From the IMG/VR virus record IMGVR_UViG_3300037725_000018, positions 1-64,000 of that record: a stretch of 64,000 bases of DNA; one strand, written 5' to 3'. Below, one piece after another: positions 1 to 9,274 of the stretch; position 1 is the first letter of the stretch; every line of letters starts with the position of its first letter. The notes under the pieces were generated by a model. The model ran no database searches. It was not told the origin of the DNA and saw nothing but the letters and a program-made list of their open reading frames with translations. The position numbers and the translations under genes were made by a program.

Positions 1-61
1 GTTTGTGTGTATTTGAAGAAGCATTTCTTGGTTAACTCAATAACCAGCTTGCCTGTAACAA

Positions 62-328
62 TTACTGCTCGTTTTCTGTAACTTCTCCAGTTTTAATGTC
101 TATTGAAACGTCACCATACTTTTTCATCAAGCTTTTTCGAAGGTCGTTTTCTTTTTCTTCGACCTCTTCTATGTCTTGGACGATCTCTTCTTTTTTTGCC
201 TTTAGGTCAACAATTTCTTCTTGAAGAGAATTAACTTGAAGCGTAATCCATCCAAGCTTGTAGATAAGCTCTTCTTGACTTGATTTTAAGTTTTGCAAAC
301 TGTTCAATTCGGATTTATCTAGCTTCAT
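62..328 (-). CDS. Small coiled-coil hypothetical protein
   Basis: 88 aa heptad-rich ORF ending KKYGDVSIDIKTGEV; late-promoter-like motif 23 nt upstream. Confidence 0.8.
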   Translation of the reverse strand: MKLDKSELNSLQNLKSSQEELIYKLGWITLQVNSLQEEIVDLKAKKEEIVQDIEEVEEKENDLRKSLMKKYGDVSIDIKTGEVTENEQ

Positions 329-350
329 AGTATTTTTGTGTTGTTTTCAC

Positions 351-361
351 TTTATATATAG
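351..361 (-). promoter_or_regulatory. Candidate late promoter CTATATATAAA
   Basis: Exact motif copy in the intergenic gap upstream of 62..328; recurs upstream of other late genes. Confidence 0.55.
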
Positions 362-387
362 GATAAAACAATGCGAGTTTTCATATC

Positions 388-2514
388 TTATACAAATACA
401 TCCACTTCTCGAACCAAATCAAAGTTTACGTCAATAAACTCATTGGTTCCGGTAAATTGAAGCTGACCTGCTACCGATATTCGGTTCTGGTCGGGTTGTG
501 GAGTCAAGTCGAACGTGTAGTTCTCTAAAAGGCCGTTATTTTGAAAGCCCGAAAGCGTGTTTTCAATAAAGTCTCGGTATTCGGAAGTTAAGTCTTCATT
601 GATGTTTTCAAAAAGAAGTTCTCTTCCTCTTTGAGAAACCTCGTTTTTAATTTTGTTTAGCCCCCTACGGACCTTTAACTTCGTTTTCGGCCCGTCTCCA
701 GAGAGAAGCGTTCGGTTTCCTTGAAGAACAATCCCAAGTCTATTATCAGAAACGAAATTAATCCCGTTTTGAAGAAACTGTTCTTCTTCGTTTCTATAGT
801 AGTTCCGCTCTAAGTCCTCGACGGTAAGGTTTGTAGAGTCTCCTGCGGGAGCAGTTGAAATGCCAACAGAGTTGTCGTGTTTTGAATATCCGGCGGGAAC
901 AAAGTTTGAGATTGGATATGTTTTGCCTTCTACATTAGCCCATCCGTGATAAACGCTTGCGTAGCTGGATACAAGAGTTTCTTTTGGGTCCTCTAGAGAA
1001 GAGAAGTCTTCAATCGGAGGCAGATACCCGGCAACAAAGAGAACGGTTCCTGTGTCCCGTGCAAACGCCTCTGCGCTATTGCAAAGGTTTGTATGCACAT
1101 CAAGTAGGCAATCCGGAATCACAACAAGTTCAACGTCAAGTGTAAAGTCTTGATTTAAAATTTCAAAAGCCGTTTCAAACGTTGAAAGCTCGGTTATTCC
1201 ATACAGGTTATTCGAAGTAGCATCAATTCCGGTCTTTTTTTCATCTTCTAAGATTTGACCGTCGTAGCCTCCTTGAAACGCCACGGTAAACTTTTCTTCA
1301 ACAACGTCTGTGGCGTCTTCTAAATTAAAGTCAGGTGAAGACAAAGCCCCGTTGGGAATGGGTTTCAAGTATTGAATGTTGTCTTTTACATTTGCGTCAA
1401 ACCCAAGAAAAAGATCGTCTCTTTCACTTAACGGAAAATCGACGTAATCAGATATGTCTCCTAGGCTTTGAGTGGTTCTGTAAACCGGGTCTGGAAGGCT
1501 TTGGCTTGGCGCATATGGGGTTTTGTACCCTTCAAAACCCTTTGGCACTACTCCGGAAGGAAACGCCGTTTGTGCAACCTCTACAGACACGTAGTTAGAG
1601 CGCCCTTCGTATCTTCCGGTTGTTGCTATTCTACCATCACTAAAGAAGCTGTATTTGTCCCCGATTTCCTCGGCTATATAGTTCTCTGAATCTTCACCAT
1701 CATTTAAACTTAAAAGCTCAAATCTCTCTAAGACGGTGGGGTTGAAATCGCTATCTTCAAAATCCCGGACTTCAACGGTGAAGGTGCCTTCCTGCTCGTT
1801 GATTTCGCTAATAGACACCTTCACCCGCTTGTTTTCATCAGTTCCTTCACTGTTTAAAACGAACCGAAAAAGGCGTTCTCTTTGAAAATTTTCATTGAAA
1901 TCTCCAGACGTGATCCACGGAGTTTTAGGTCTACTTGGAGAAAGAGAGGAAAGGTCCAACCCTTTTCTAAAACTTGCGTCAACGGGCTCGTCTACGTCAA
2001 GGTCTTCAAGCTTTTCCGGAAAGAAAAGGTAAAGCTCAAAGTCTTCAATATCTTCTCTTTCTACATATCCTTCAAGTTGGTCATTTAAGCTCAAATCCAC
2101 TTCCTCAAAAACTGTGCCGGGTGGGTCTGACTCAATGGTAAGTGTAAAGTTTGTAACGTCTCCAGACGCTTCGACCGTTCGGCTGTCAACGCCACCCCTA
2201 TATATCCAAACTAAAAGCGCGTCTCCAGACGAGTCAGTAAGTTCAATCGTGTCGGGGGTTTCACTTTTCGAGTCCATGACCCGTTGAATTCGGGGAACGC
2301 CCCCGGCTTTGATTTGTTTTTCTGCCGCTTTTACAACTGGACTTTCAGTTCCATAAATCCGGTGAAGCTGTTCAACAGTTCCAACCGGGGTCTTTACAAA
2401 GGCAGGACCTCTTTCGGTGCCCCCAACAAAGAGGCTTCTTGTTTCGTCAGTTACTACCTGCTCTTCTTCAACAATTTCACCTTCAACCGATACGTCTGGA
2501 AAATTGACTTTCAT
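388..2514 (-). CDS. Contractile tail sheath protein
   Basis: N-terminal LFVGGTERGPAFV and C-terminal GINF...QGNRTL...LKVRRGL sheath motifs; directly follows the gp15-like gene. Confidence 0.8.
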   Translation of the reverse strand: MKVNFPDVSVEGEIVEEEQVVTDETRSLFVGGTERGPAFVKTPVGTVEQLHRIYGTESPVVKAAEKQIKAGGVPRIQRVMDSKSETPDTIELTDSSGDALLVWIYRGGVDSRTVEASGDVTNFTLTIESDPPGTVFEEVDLSLNDQLEGYVEREDIEDFELYLFFPEKLEDLDVDEPVDASFRKGLDLSSLSPSRPKTPWITSGDFNENFQRERLFRFVLNSEGTDENKRVKVSISEINEQEGTFTVEVRDFEDSDFNPTVLERFELLSLNDGEDSENYIAEEIGDKYSFFSDGRIATTGRYEGRSNYVSVEVAQTAFPSGVVPKGFEGYKTPYAPSQSLPDPVYRTTQSLGDISDYVDFPLSERDDLFLGFDANVKDNIQYLKPIPNGALSSPDFNLEDATDVVEEKFTVAFQGGYDGQILEDEKKTGIDATSNNLYGITELSTFETAFEILNQDFTLDVELVVIPDCLLDVHTNLCNSAEAFARDTGTVLFVAGYLPPIEDFSSLEDPKETLVSSYASVYHGWANVEGKTYPISNFVPAGYSKHDNSVGISTAPAGDSTNLTVEDLERNYYRNEEEQFLQNGINFVSDNRLGIVLQGNRTLLSGDGPKTKLKVRRGLNKIKNEVSQRGRELLFENINEDLTSEYRDFIENTLSGFQNNGLLENYTFDLTPQPDQNRISVAGQLQFTGTNEFIDVNFDLVREVDVFV

Positions 2515-2517
2515 TTT

Positions 2518-3444
2518 CTAGCTTCTTCGTGAATTCGAGTTTATGCGATCTTTCATTTGATCGGGAGTTAACGTAGACTCGTTAAACGTCACTTTTGCTA
2601 CGCTGTGTAGCTTCTTCGTTGTAGCTTCATAGGTCATGTCTTCAGGAATGATGTATCCGTTAACCTCTGCGCTGAAGTTTGCCGTAACGTATCTACTATC
2701 GTCTTGGGTGTTTTCCGTCTCCGGGTTAATACTGTCTACAGACGTGTAAAACATATAGTCTTCGGGGTCGCCCCAATACTCTTGGCTGTAGTACGAAATT
2801 CGCTCGATAAGTTTGTTCATCTGTTGGATCTGCTCTGTAAACAGCCGTATGTTATAAGAAACTTGAAGATACTTTGGAACTTGAATCACGTACTTCGTTT
2901 CAACCGGGTCTCTGTCTTGAAGAGCATCAAAATTGTCAAATCTGTTTTGTGAAGAACGTGTACGTACTCCAGAATACACTCCCGGTTTCGGGGTCATGTT
3001 AAGACGAGTGTTTTGACCATCTAAGTTAGACCATCTTTGAACGCTACTTCTGTCTACGATAATAAGGGGGTAGATAACCCGATCTTGAAGACTTGTTAAG
3101 TTTTCTTCTTGGGCTTGCTTTTGTGCCCATGCCCAATCTTCAGGGGAATCCCAAATAACCGGGACCCGTTTCATTTCTCCGTTCTGTTTAACTTCAAAGT
3201 TGAACCTTTCTTTAAGCTGGAACATAATGTTCCGGTCAATGTCTTCAAGGCCAACTGTTAGATTTTCTACGTTATCGGTATCTCTTCTCTTTTCAAACGC
3301 TCGGTTTGAAGGGTCGGTGCTAACTCTTTCTTCCTTTTTGGACTTGTCTAACTGTTCTTGAAGTCTGTCTTTCTTGGACTTGTTGATATAGTTAATTTCA
3401 ACTTCGTGATCCCCACCTAAGTTGTCCGGTACATTTTTTGCCAT
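2518..3444 (-). CDS. Tail terminator / neck protein (T4 gp15-like)
   Basis: VPVIWDSPEDW motif and VSYNIRLFTEQIQQMNKLIE; position upstream of the sheath. Confidence 0.65.
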   Translation of the reverse strand: MAKNVPDNLGGDHEVEINYINKSKKDRLQEQLDKSKKEERVSTDPSNRAFEKRRDTDNVENLTVGLEDIDRNIMFQLKERFNFEVKQNGEMKRVPVIWDSPEDWAWAQKQAQEENLTSLQDRVIYPLIIVDRSSVQRWSNLDGQNTRLNMTPKPGVYSGVRTRSSQNRFDNFDALQDRDPVETKYVIQVPKYLQVSYNIRLFTEQIQQMNKLIERISYYSQEYWGDPEDYMFYTSVDSINPETENTQDDSRYVTANFSAEVNGYIIPEDMTYEATTKKLHSVAKVTFNESTLTPDQMKDRINSNSRRS

Positions 3445-3463
3445 TGATTAAAAAACGCTTTCT

Positions 3464-4198
3464 CTATTCATACGTACTTAAAAACCTTTTTGGAATGTCG
3501 TTGTGAATAACCCGCGTTTCCGGCCAAACGTCTCTTGCTCTTGGCTCTAACCCATAATAGTTAAATCCATGCAAATTCAACTTGTGTGCGATATAGCTTT
3601 GGGCGTCGTATCTCATGTATTGAGGCTCTTTTTGGACCATCGGGGTGTATCCATCTTTTTTCATAGCTTCAACGTCAATTACTAAGATTGCATCCCCGTA
3701 ACTACCGTTAAGAAGCCGATCCGGGGTCGTCACGGTAAACACCGCATTTCCGATGGACCTATTTTTTAGACCTCTTGTTTGGTTTGTAGCGTTTAAACCT
3801 TCATCTAAAATCTTATCTACATACTTCGGTTGAGTAGCATGGAAAAGTTCATACTCGGTTCTTCCGACGTTTTCCCAAAAACGTCTGTTGTAGATTTCCT
3901 TCCAGTCTACTTCGGTTTCTTCGTAAATTTCACCCAAACTGTACATGTCGCGCATAAACCAGTCTTCAATCCCACTCACTTCGGGGTATGAAGAATCCGG
4001 GGCGGTTATGATTTTATCCTCTTCAGGAAGAACGACGAACTTGTGTCCATTTAAAGTTTCTTCGGTGTAATCTACGCCTTCTTCATCTAAAACACTTAAA
4101 GCTTCCCGGTAATCAAGATCCCAAAAAATGTCTTCAAGTTCAGCGTCAGACATTCCATTGGACCTTGCCTCACGAAGTAAATCATTAAATCGAATCAT
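3464..4198 (-). CDS. Putative ADP-ribosyltransferase-fold protein with N-terminal leader
   Basis: LFHATQPKYVDKILDEGL, VFT, SYGDAILVID and IPKRFL motifs; leader MIRFNDLLRE. Confidence 0.55.
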   Translation of the reverse strand: MIRFNDLLREARSNGMSDAELEDIFWDLDYREALSVLDEEGVDYTEETLNGHKFVVLPEEDKIITAPDSSYPEVSGIEDWFMRDMYSLGEIYEETEVDWKEIYNRRFWENVGRTEYELFHATQPKYVDKILDEGLNATNQTRGLKNRSIGNAVFTVTTPDRLLNGSYGDAILVIDVEAMKKDGYTPMVQKEPQYMRYDAQSYIAHKLNLHGFNYYGLEPRARDVWPETRVIHNDIPKRFLSTYE

Positions 4199-4201
4199 AG
4201 T

Positions 4202-4300
4202 TCAAAGTTCAAATACTTGCTTTATTTTAGGTGGACGATTTGACTGGTTTTTACGGATTCTTTTGATAGCTTTTGAGATCCGTTTTTCGTTTTCAGTCAT
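4202..4300 (-). CDS. Small basic ORF (32 aa, not in the ORF track)
   Basis: MTENEKRISKAIKRIRKNQSNRPPKIKQVFEL fills the gap between flanking co-oriented genes. Confidence 0.4.
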   Translation of the reverse strand: MTENEKRISKAIKRIRKNQSNRPPKIKQVFEL

Positions 4301-4303
4301 AAC

Positions 4304-5053
4304 TTAAATGAAGTTTGGGTTATTTCGGACTCTAGCAACTTTCGAACGCCTACGTTTTTTGTATTCTTTTTCAGCGTCTTCACGGAGATCGTCCGGGTCG
4401 CTCATGTTTTCAACAACGTCTCCGGTTTCGTGTTCGGCATGAATCGCTCGGTTGATAAGATTGATTTTTTCTTTCTGTGGAAGCCTTCGTATGTTCTTTA
4501 AGTCTTTGTAAATTTCATATATGTCTTTGTGAACACCGTCTCCGAAAATTTGTTGAAGACGATCTACGTGTTCTTTCATCGCTTCAATCCAAACGTCTTC
4601 TTCTGTTGGGAAGGAGTACGGGTCGTCGGGGTCCATTTCATATTTGTCTGCCACCCGGTTATATATATCGGACCTTGAAACGTGATATCCCCATATCCGG
4701 TTATCAAGCTCTAACCTTTGTGGAATGGCTCTCCACTCTTCAAACGGGAGCTGGTAAACATCAATATTCATGCTTCTTAGACCCATTCCGATTCGTTCCA
4801 TATAGTCAGCATATGCTTCCCAACCTAAAAATCCGTGCTCCACGGACTTCCGGCGAAATGCTGGTTTAAGGATTTCAGCAATCCGTTCCCAATCGTAAGT
4901 GTCCCAATTGCCTGACATAGAACGGTAAAAATATTCCCGGACCATACCGTTTAAGTCGTCACGAAATATTCTTGAAGGGTCTTCTTTCTCCTGAAGGAGA
5001 AGGCTTACCTCTTCTCGAATTATTCTTCTAAGTCTTTGTTCGGAATTCATCAT
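4304..5053 (-). CDS. Hypothetical protein with IIREE leader (putative internal head protein)
   Basis: 249 aa; N-terminus MMNSEQRLRRIIREEVSLLLQE. Confidence 0.75.
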   Translation of the reverse strand: MMNSEQRLRRIIREEVSLLLQEKEDPSRIFRDDLNGMVREYFYRSMSGNWDTYDWERIAEILKPAFRRKSVEHGFLGWEAYADYMERIGMGLRSMNIDVYQLPFEEWRAIPQRLELDNRIWGYHVSRSDIYNRVADKYEMDPDDPYSFPTEEDVWIEAMKEHVDRLQQIFGDGVHKDIYEIYKDLKNIRRLPQKEKINLINRAIHAEHETGDVVENMSDPDDLREDAEKEYKKRRRSKVARVRNNPNFI

Positions 5054-5065
5054 CTAACTAAATTT

Positions 5066-5596
5066 TTATCTCTGTTGAGGAGTAACCGTATAACCTACAG
5101 GATCTCGCTCTACACTTGCGTTAGGAAAGCGATTTTTTATGAATTTAAGATAAAGACGTTCTCTTTGCTCGCTCCCACCACTAGAAGAAAGGCCACCACT
5201 CTTAAATGAACCTGCAAATGTGTATTTGTTATATTTTTCAGGAAAAATGCCCCGTTTTTTCATAGAGCCATGAAACTCTTCAACAATATTCATTACCGTT
5301 GCCATGACTTTGAAGATTTCGTTTTCGTTTGTTACCGTAGAAAAACTTCCATCAACAGAAAAGCTAACGTCTAAACTAGATTCGTCTTCACCATACTTTT
5401 CAATGGTGACTTGGTAGGCATTTTCGGGTGTAGAGAACTCGTATTTAAAGTATATCGGGTCAAGCCTAGACAGTATGTTTCTGTAGTTGAAGCCAGACCG
5501 GGTTTCACCAAGTTCATGAATTACTTGACGAATATACTCCCGAATGATGGATTCTTCTTTGGATTTAGTATTAAGCGATTTTTTCTTGCGTTTCAT
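5066..5596 (-). CDS. Hypothetical protein with leader-like N-terminus
   Basis: 176 aa; ESIIREYIRQVIHELGE, then FKVMATVMNI...RERLYLKFI. Confidence 0.7.
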   Translation of the reverse strand: MKRKKKSLNTKSKEESIIREYIRQVIHELGETRSGFNYRNILSRLDPIYFKYEFSTPENAYQVTIEKYGEDESSLDVSFSVDGSFSTVTNENEIFKVMATVMNIVEEFHGSMKKRGIFPEKYNKYTFAGSFKSGGLSSSGGSEQRERLYLKFIKNRFPNASVERDPVGYTVTPQQR

Positions 5597-6111
5597 TATC
5601 CTTCGTCGGGATCAATGACGTTGATTTTTGAAATTCTTGTCTGTTCAGTTCGCACCGTAACTGCGTGTCGAAGGTTAAACTTGTCACCAACAAGCGTGTT
5701 GTCAACCACTTCTTTTACCTCAAAGTAAAGATTTGACCATTGAATAACGTCTCCTTCTTCCGGGTAAATGTCAAACTTTTTCAAAACTTCACGTTGAATA
5801 CCAAACTGCATCGATTGTTTCTTCGTCGGACCTCCGGTGTTTTGCCTATCTGTTTGCTGATCTTCGGGGGTAATAAGCACTTTGATTTGAAAAGGAGGGC
5901 GGTACACTTCTCCTTCGGGGCTTTCCCCGTACAGATTTGTGACCGTCTCTTGTGGAAGGATTTTGTAGTAGATGATCGGAATGTCAATGATCTCGTCTAC
6001 ATATTCCTCATTAACGCCTTGAATAAAGGCCCAATCATTCCCCCCCACAAAAAACTGCTGCTGGTCGGGTTGATCTCTTCCGTAATCGTCGTTATTGTCA
6101 AGTTCTGCCAA
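5596..6111 (-). CDS. Neck / head-closure protein (T4 gp14-like)
   Basis: IIYYKI...TNLYGESP...YRPPFQI and PEEGDVIQW...YFEV motifs; lies between gp13-like and gp15-like genes. Confidence 0.65.
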   Translation of the reverse strand: MAELDNNDDYGRDQPDQQQFFVGGNDWAFIQGVNEEYVDEIIDIPIIYYKILPQETVTNLYGESPEGEVYRPPFQIKVLITPEDQQTDRQNTGGPTKKQSMQFGIQREVLKKFDIYPEEGDVIQWSNLYFEVKEVVDNTLVGDKFNLRHAVTVRTEQTRISKINVIDPDEG

Positions 6112-6139
6112 TCTTCACACAAAGTTTAAATGGTTCACA

Positions 6140-6149
6140 CTATATATAG
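6140..6149. promoter_or_regulatory. Palindromic late-promoter-like site CTATATATAG between divergent genes
   Basis: Perfect 10-bp palindrome, about 30 nt from the 6111 (-) start and about 40 nt from the 6188 (+) start. Confidence 0.5.
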
Positions 6150-6187
6150 AACAGAATTAAACGAAAAGGTTTTATTGTAAGCTAAAC

Positions 6188-6961
6188 GTGGTTACTCCTA
6201 ATCTAAACAACCCACATTTGAACGTAAACGTCAAGCTCGCGGAGTTTGTTCTTCGGAACAACCTTTCCCGCGAGTTTTTGCTGTTTATGCACCTCAAGTC
6301 TCTTTGTGACGGTTATATTTCGATTACAAGCCGCGAAAGAGAATACTTGAAGGGGAAGATGAGGTGGACGTGTAACCGCTCTCTAAAGCGGAATCTAAGC
6401 CGCTTAGAGGACCTAGACTGGATTTATTACAGCGAAAGATGCTCGGCGTGGAAAATCAACGGATGGAAACACCTGTTGAACAAGTACAATATCACGTCGA
6501 GCACCGTTCGTCAACTCGCTGTAAAAAATATAGAAAACGTTAAGGAAGCAAAAGCCCACCTATTCTCGATGGTGGTTGCCAAAAGAGCAAACCAAAGGAA
6601 ATGGTACGTTCGCAAAACGAGTCGAGCGCATAAAGGCCACTCCTTCGATTTGCTTGAAGGTGAAAGCTTTTCTCCCTTAACGCTTTCGGTATCCTTTCTA
6701 GCCGAAGTTCTTGATTCGTGCAAAAGCGAAATTCATCGAATGAAGAAGCTGGCCGAAAGGTTCTGTCGAATCTCATTTATAAGTAGAAGGCATGACACAA
6801 GCGTTTCACTTTCGGGTCTAAAAGACCTAAAGAAAACGTTTCCCGATTATGCCCACCGAATGAGATGTGACATAGAAAACGACCGGGTGCTAATCCAGCT
6901 TACCGATACGATAAAACACAACATCAAGTTCAAAAAGAGCAGACAAGCTTACGCTTCCTAA
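6188..6961 (+). CDS. Basic protein with two predicted winged-HTH segments (replication-initiator-like)
   Basis: RSLKRNLSRLEDLDWIYY and LSVSFLAEVLDSCKSEIHRMKKLAE resemble wHTH helices; GTG start. Confidence 0.45.
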   Translation: MVTPNLNNPHLNVNVKLAEFVLRNNLSREFLLFMHLKSLCDGYISITSREREYLKGKMRWTCNRSLKRNLSRLEDLDWIYYSERCSAWKINGWKHLLNKYNITSSTVRQLAVKNIENVKEAKAHLFSMVVAKRANQRKWYVRKTSRAHKGHSFDLLEGESFSPLTLSVSFLAEVLDSCKSEIHRMKKLAERFCRISFISRRHDTSVSLSGLKDLKKTFPDYAHRMRCDIENDRVLIQLTDTIKHNIKFKKSRQAYAS

Positions 6962-7097
6962 GTAGGTGTTAAAATGAGCGTGTTTAAAGCGTCTTGCGTG
7001 TATATGACAAGCTTGGAACGATAATAACGAGTTCACTACACACTCGCTACACGTTACACACGGGGCACGCAAAACGGGGAAACTCAAAGCGAAAAGG

Positions 7098-7874
7098 TCA
7101 AGAAAGCTTTGGTTGAACGTAACTTTCCCAATACCCGTATAGCCTGTTAATCAACCGCTTTTCCTGCCGTTTTGACACCGCACGAAGAAGTTGATCGGGC
7201 AAAAACTCCCCGAACACCCAGTCTTTGAACTTCCGGAAGTCCCCATTCCAGTTTCTTTTGTTTAAAGAGTTAAGGAGGCTAGGTTCACCGACAAGTTCTT
7301 GAACCTGTGCAACTGCCGATTGAAAGTAAGCGTTCACTTCCAAAGGGTCGGAAAAGTATGTTCTCCACTCTTCGCTTGAAATCTCTTTTGAGTCATACGT
7401 TGCAATTTGGTCAAGCCCAAGGTCAGTTCTTTTATCGTCTAAGTAGTGGATGTATTCGTGAATAACAAGATCAAACACATTTCTTAGGTTTTGAGAAATT
7501 TCACGTCTTATTTCTTTTTCATCCTTTTTATGCGGGTTGTCTTCAAGAATATACAACACAATGGCAGGGCCACCTTTAAGCTCGTTTGTATACATTCCAT
7601 CTGTTCGAGACTGGCTTTTTTCACCAAACACGATTCGAAGCGGATTTTTAGCTTCCTTTTCGTATTCTGTAAACCAATCGATCCGGACATACGGGCTGTT
7701 GTATCTCCCGATGTATTGGATCATCCCACCACTTTTTATGTACTCTAAGAGGCTTTCAAACACGTCAACGGCTTGTTTTCGCATTAGCTTATCCGTTTCC
7801 GCGTCTTCGGTTAAGCGGTAAGATACTCTGTGTTCAACTCTTTCGATAAGGTCTTTTTTACCCACCATAGCCAA
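7098..7874 (-). CDS. Zincin-like metallopeptidase
   Basis: VIHEYIHYLD (HExxH) plus downstream YFSDPLEVNAY; ATG start probably at 7868. Confidence 0.65.
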   Translation of the reverse strand: MAMVGKKDLIERVEHRVSYRLTEDAETDKLMRKQAVDVFESLLEYIKSGGMIQYIGRYNSPYVRIDWFTEYEKEAKNPLRIVFGEKSQSRTDGMYTNELKGGPAIVLYILEDNPHKKDEKEIRREISQNLRNVFDLVIHEYIHYLDDKRTDLGLDQIATYDSKEISSEEWRTYFSDPLEVNAYFQSAVAQVQELVGEPSLLNSLNKRNWNGDFRKFKDWVFGEFLPDQLLRAVSKRQEKRLINRLYGYWESYVQPKLS

Positions 7875-9120
7875 TGTAAATCTTTTTTGGAATCCGGTTC
7901 ATCATTTCTTGAAGATTTTGCTGCTGTTGGTTTTGCTCTTCAAGAAGATTTGTCCTAGAAAGCTGTTCAAGCTGTTCTCTTAGGTTGTTTTCAAGCTGTT
8001 CCATGTTCTGTTGCGCTTCCTGCTTTTGGCTTTCACCGTCAAGTTGAAGGTCAGCGCCGTTGGTTCCCGGAATAGAATTTCCGTACTTCGAGCGAACAGT
8101 TCCAAGCTTGTGTCTTGCAACTTCAAGTGCGTATTTGTAAATCCAACGCCTAGAAGGTTGGTTAATGTCTTCGTAGTGGTGAACGTCGTATGGAACATCT
8201 GAATAGTCGGAAACAACGTTTGCAATATCGGAGTCTACAACTTGAACGTTGTTTGCTTCGTCTTTGAACACATAGTCAAACCAGATCCTCCTTGGAAACG
8301 AGCGGTTTGGTTCTTCGTTGTCGTCGTTTTCCGGAATTGCGTCTCCACCAAAAAAGTCTTCTGTTCCCGGAATCGGCGTGATCGTAAGCACTCCGTTGGT
8401 AAGTCTGTACGTATATCCGGAGCGTCGAATCAAGTCGTTAAACTCAACCGCTTGCAAGCGAAGAAGATCATGGTACGCTGGCATCATAAGGTATTCAGAA
8501 GCCACGCCATAGTCGCTAAAGCCAAGTTCTCGAAGAACGTTTAGCGTTCCCACTCCCCCAACAGAGAATGGATCATAAAGCCTCTCAATGGCATGTGGAG
8601 GGTAGTAGTAAATCTTCTTGATGATGATCTCTCTGTCTTCAATTGGAACAGATCCGGACCTGTTTTTCTCTTTGAAAAGCTTTTTAATGTCGTAACGCTG
8701 TTTTCCGCGTTTGATGTTGATGAAATCTTTTCTCCAAGTTACACTTCCACCGTGTCCAACCTCGGACCCATAGGCTTTTGCAAGCCGAACCATTTCCCGG
8801 ACTGGAGATCCGGTGACGTGTTTCCCGGTTAAGTTTTCATATTCACCAATCTTTTCGTTTCCTTGAAGAATGATTAAGTTGTCTTTGATGTTAAGGTGGT
8901 TGACAAGCCTTGAAAATTCAAGAATCGCCTCTTCAATGGAGTTGTAAAGGTCTTTTTCATCGATCTCAATATCAACAGTCGGCCAACCAAGACGCCGCGC
9001 AATCCAATCTGCAATTTTGGGGGCGTCTTTAATGAAATCCGGATCTCCGTCAAAATAGCCAAATGAAGTTTTTCCAACGGGGTTTCCAAGCGTTCCGTCA
9101 AACTTTGTAGGTACAGCCAT
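7858..9120 (-). CDS. Neck / head-tail adaptor (T4 gp13-like)
   Basis: IARRLGWPTVDIEIDEKDLYNSIEEAILEF and WIYKYALEVARHKLGTVRSKY...LDGE; ATG at 9120. Confidence 0.75.
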   Translation of the reverse strand: MAVPTKFDGTLGNPVGKTSFGYFDGDPDFIKDAPKIADWIARRLGWPTVDIEIDEKDLYNSIEEAILEFSRLVNHLNIKDNLIILQGNEKIGEYENLTGKHVTGSPVREMVRLAKAYGSEVGHGGSVTWRKDFINIKRGKQRYDIKKLFKEKNRSGSVPIEDREIIIKKIYYYPPHAIERLYDPFSVGGVGTLNVLRELGFSDYGVASEYLMMPAYHDLLRLQAVEFNDLIRRSGYTYRLTNGVLTITPIPGTEDFFGGDAIPENDDNEEPNRSFPRRIWFDYVFKDEANNVQVVDSDIANVVSDYSDVPYDVHHYEDINQPSRRWIYKYALEVARHKLGTVRSKYGNSIPGTNGADLQLDGESQKQEAQQNMEQLENNLREQLEQLSRTNLLEEQNQQQQNLQEMMNRIPKKIYIGYGG

Positions 9121-9172
9121 ATGAAGTCTCTTTGAATACGTCTGTGAAGTCACAACCTTTTATCTCTTACAG

Positions 9173-9182
9173 TTATATATAG
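9173..9182 (-). promoter_or_regulatory. Candidate late promoter CTATATATAA
   Basis: Exact motif about 53 nt upstream of the gp13-like ATG. Confidence 0.55.
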
Positions 9183-9274
9183 GTGAATAAAATGCGGAAG
9201 TCGCGAGTCGTTCGGGCTTTAGAATGCCTCTTTTCGGGGTATGAAGCGATAGAAGCAAAACGTTCAACAAAATT

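Noticed and set aside
6962-7097. TACAC triplet (tacacact, tacacgt, tacacgg) as iterons next to the Rep-like gene
   Set aside because: Only a 5-nt core, irregular spacing and three copies; too weak to call an origin.
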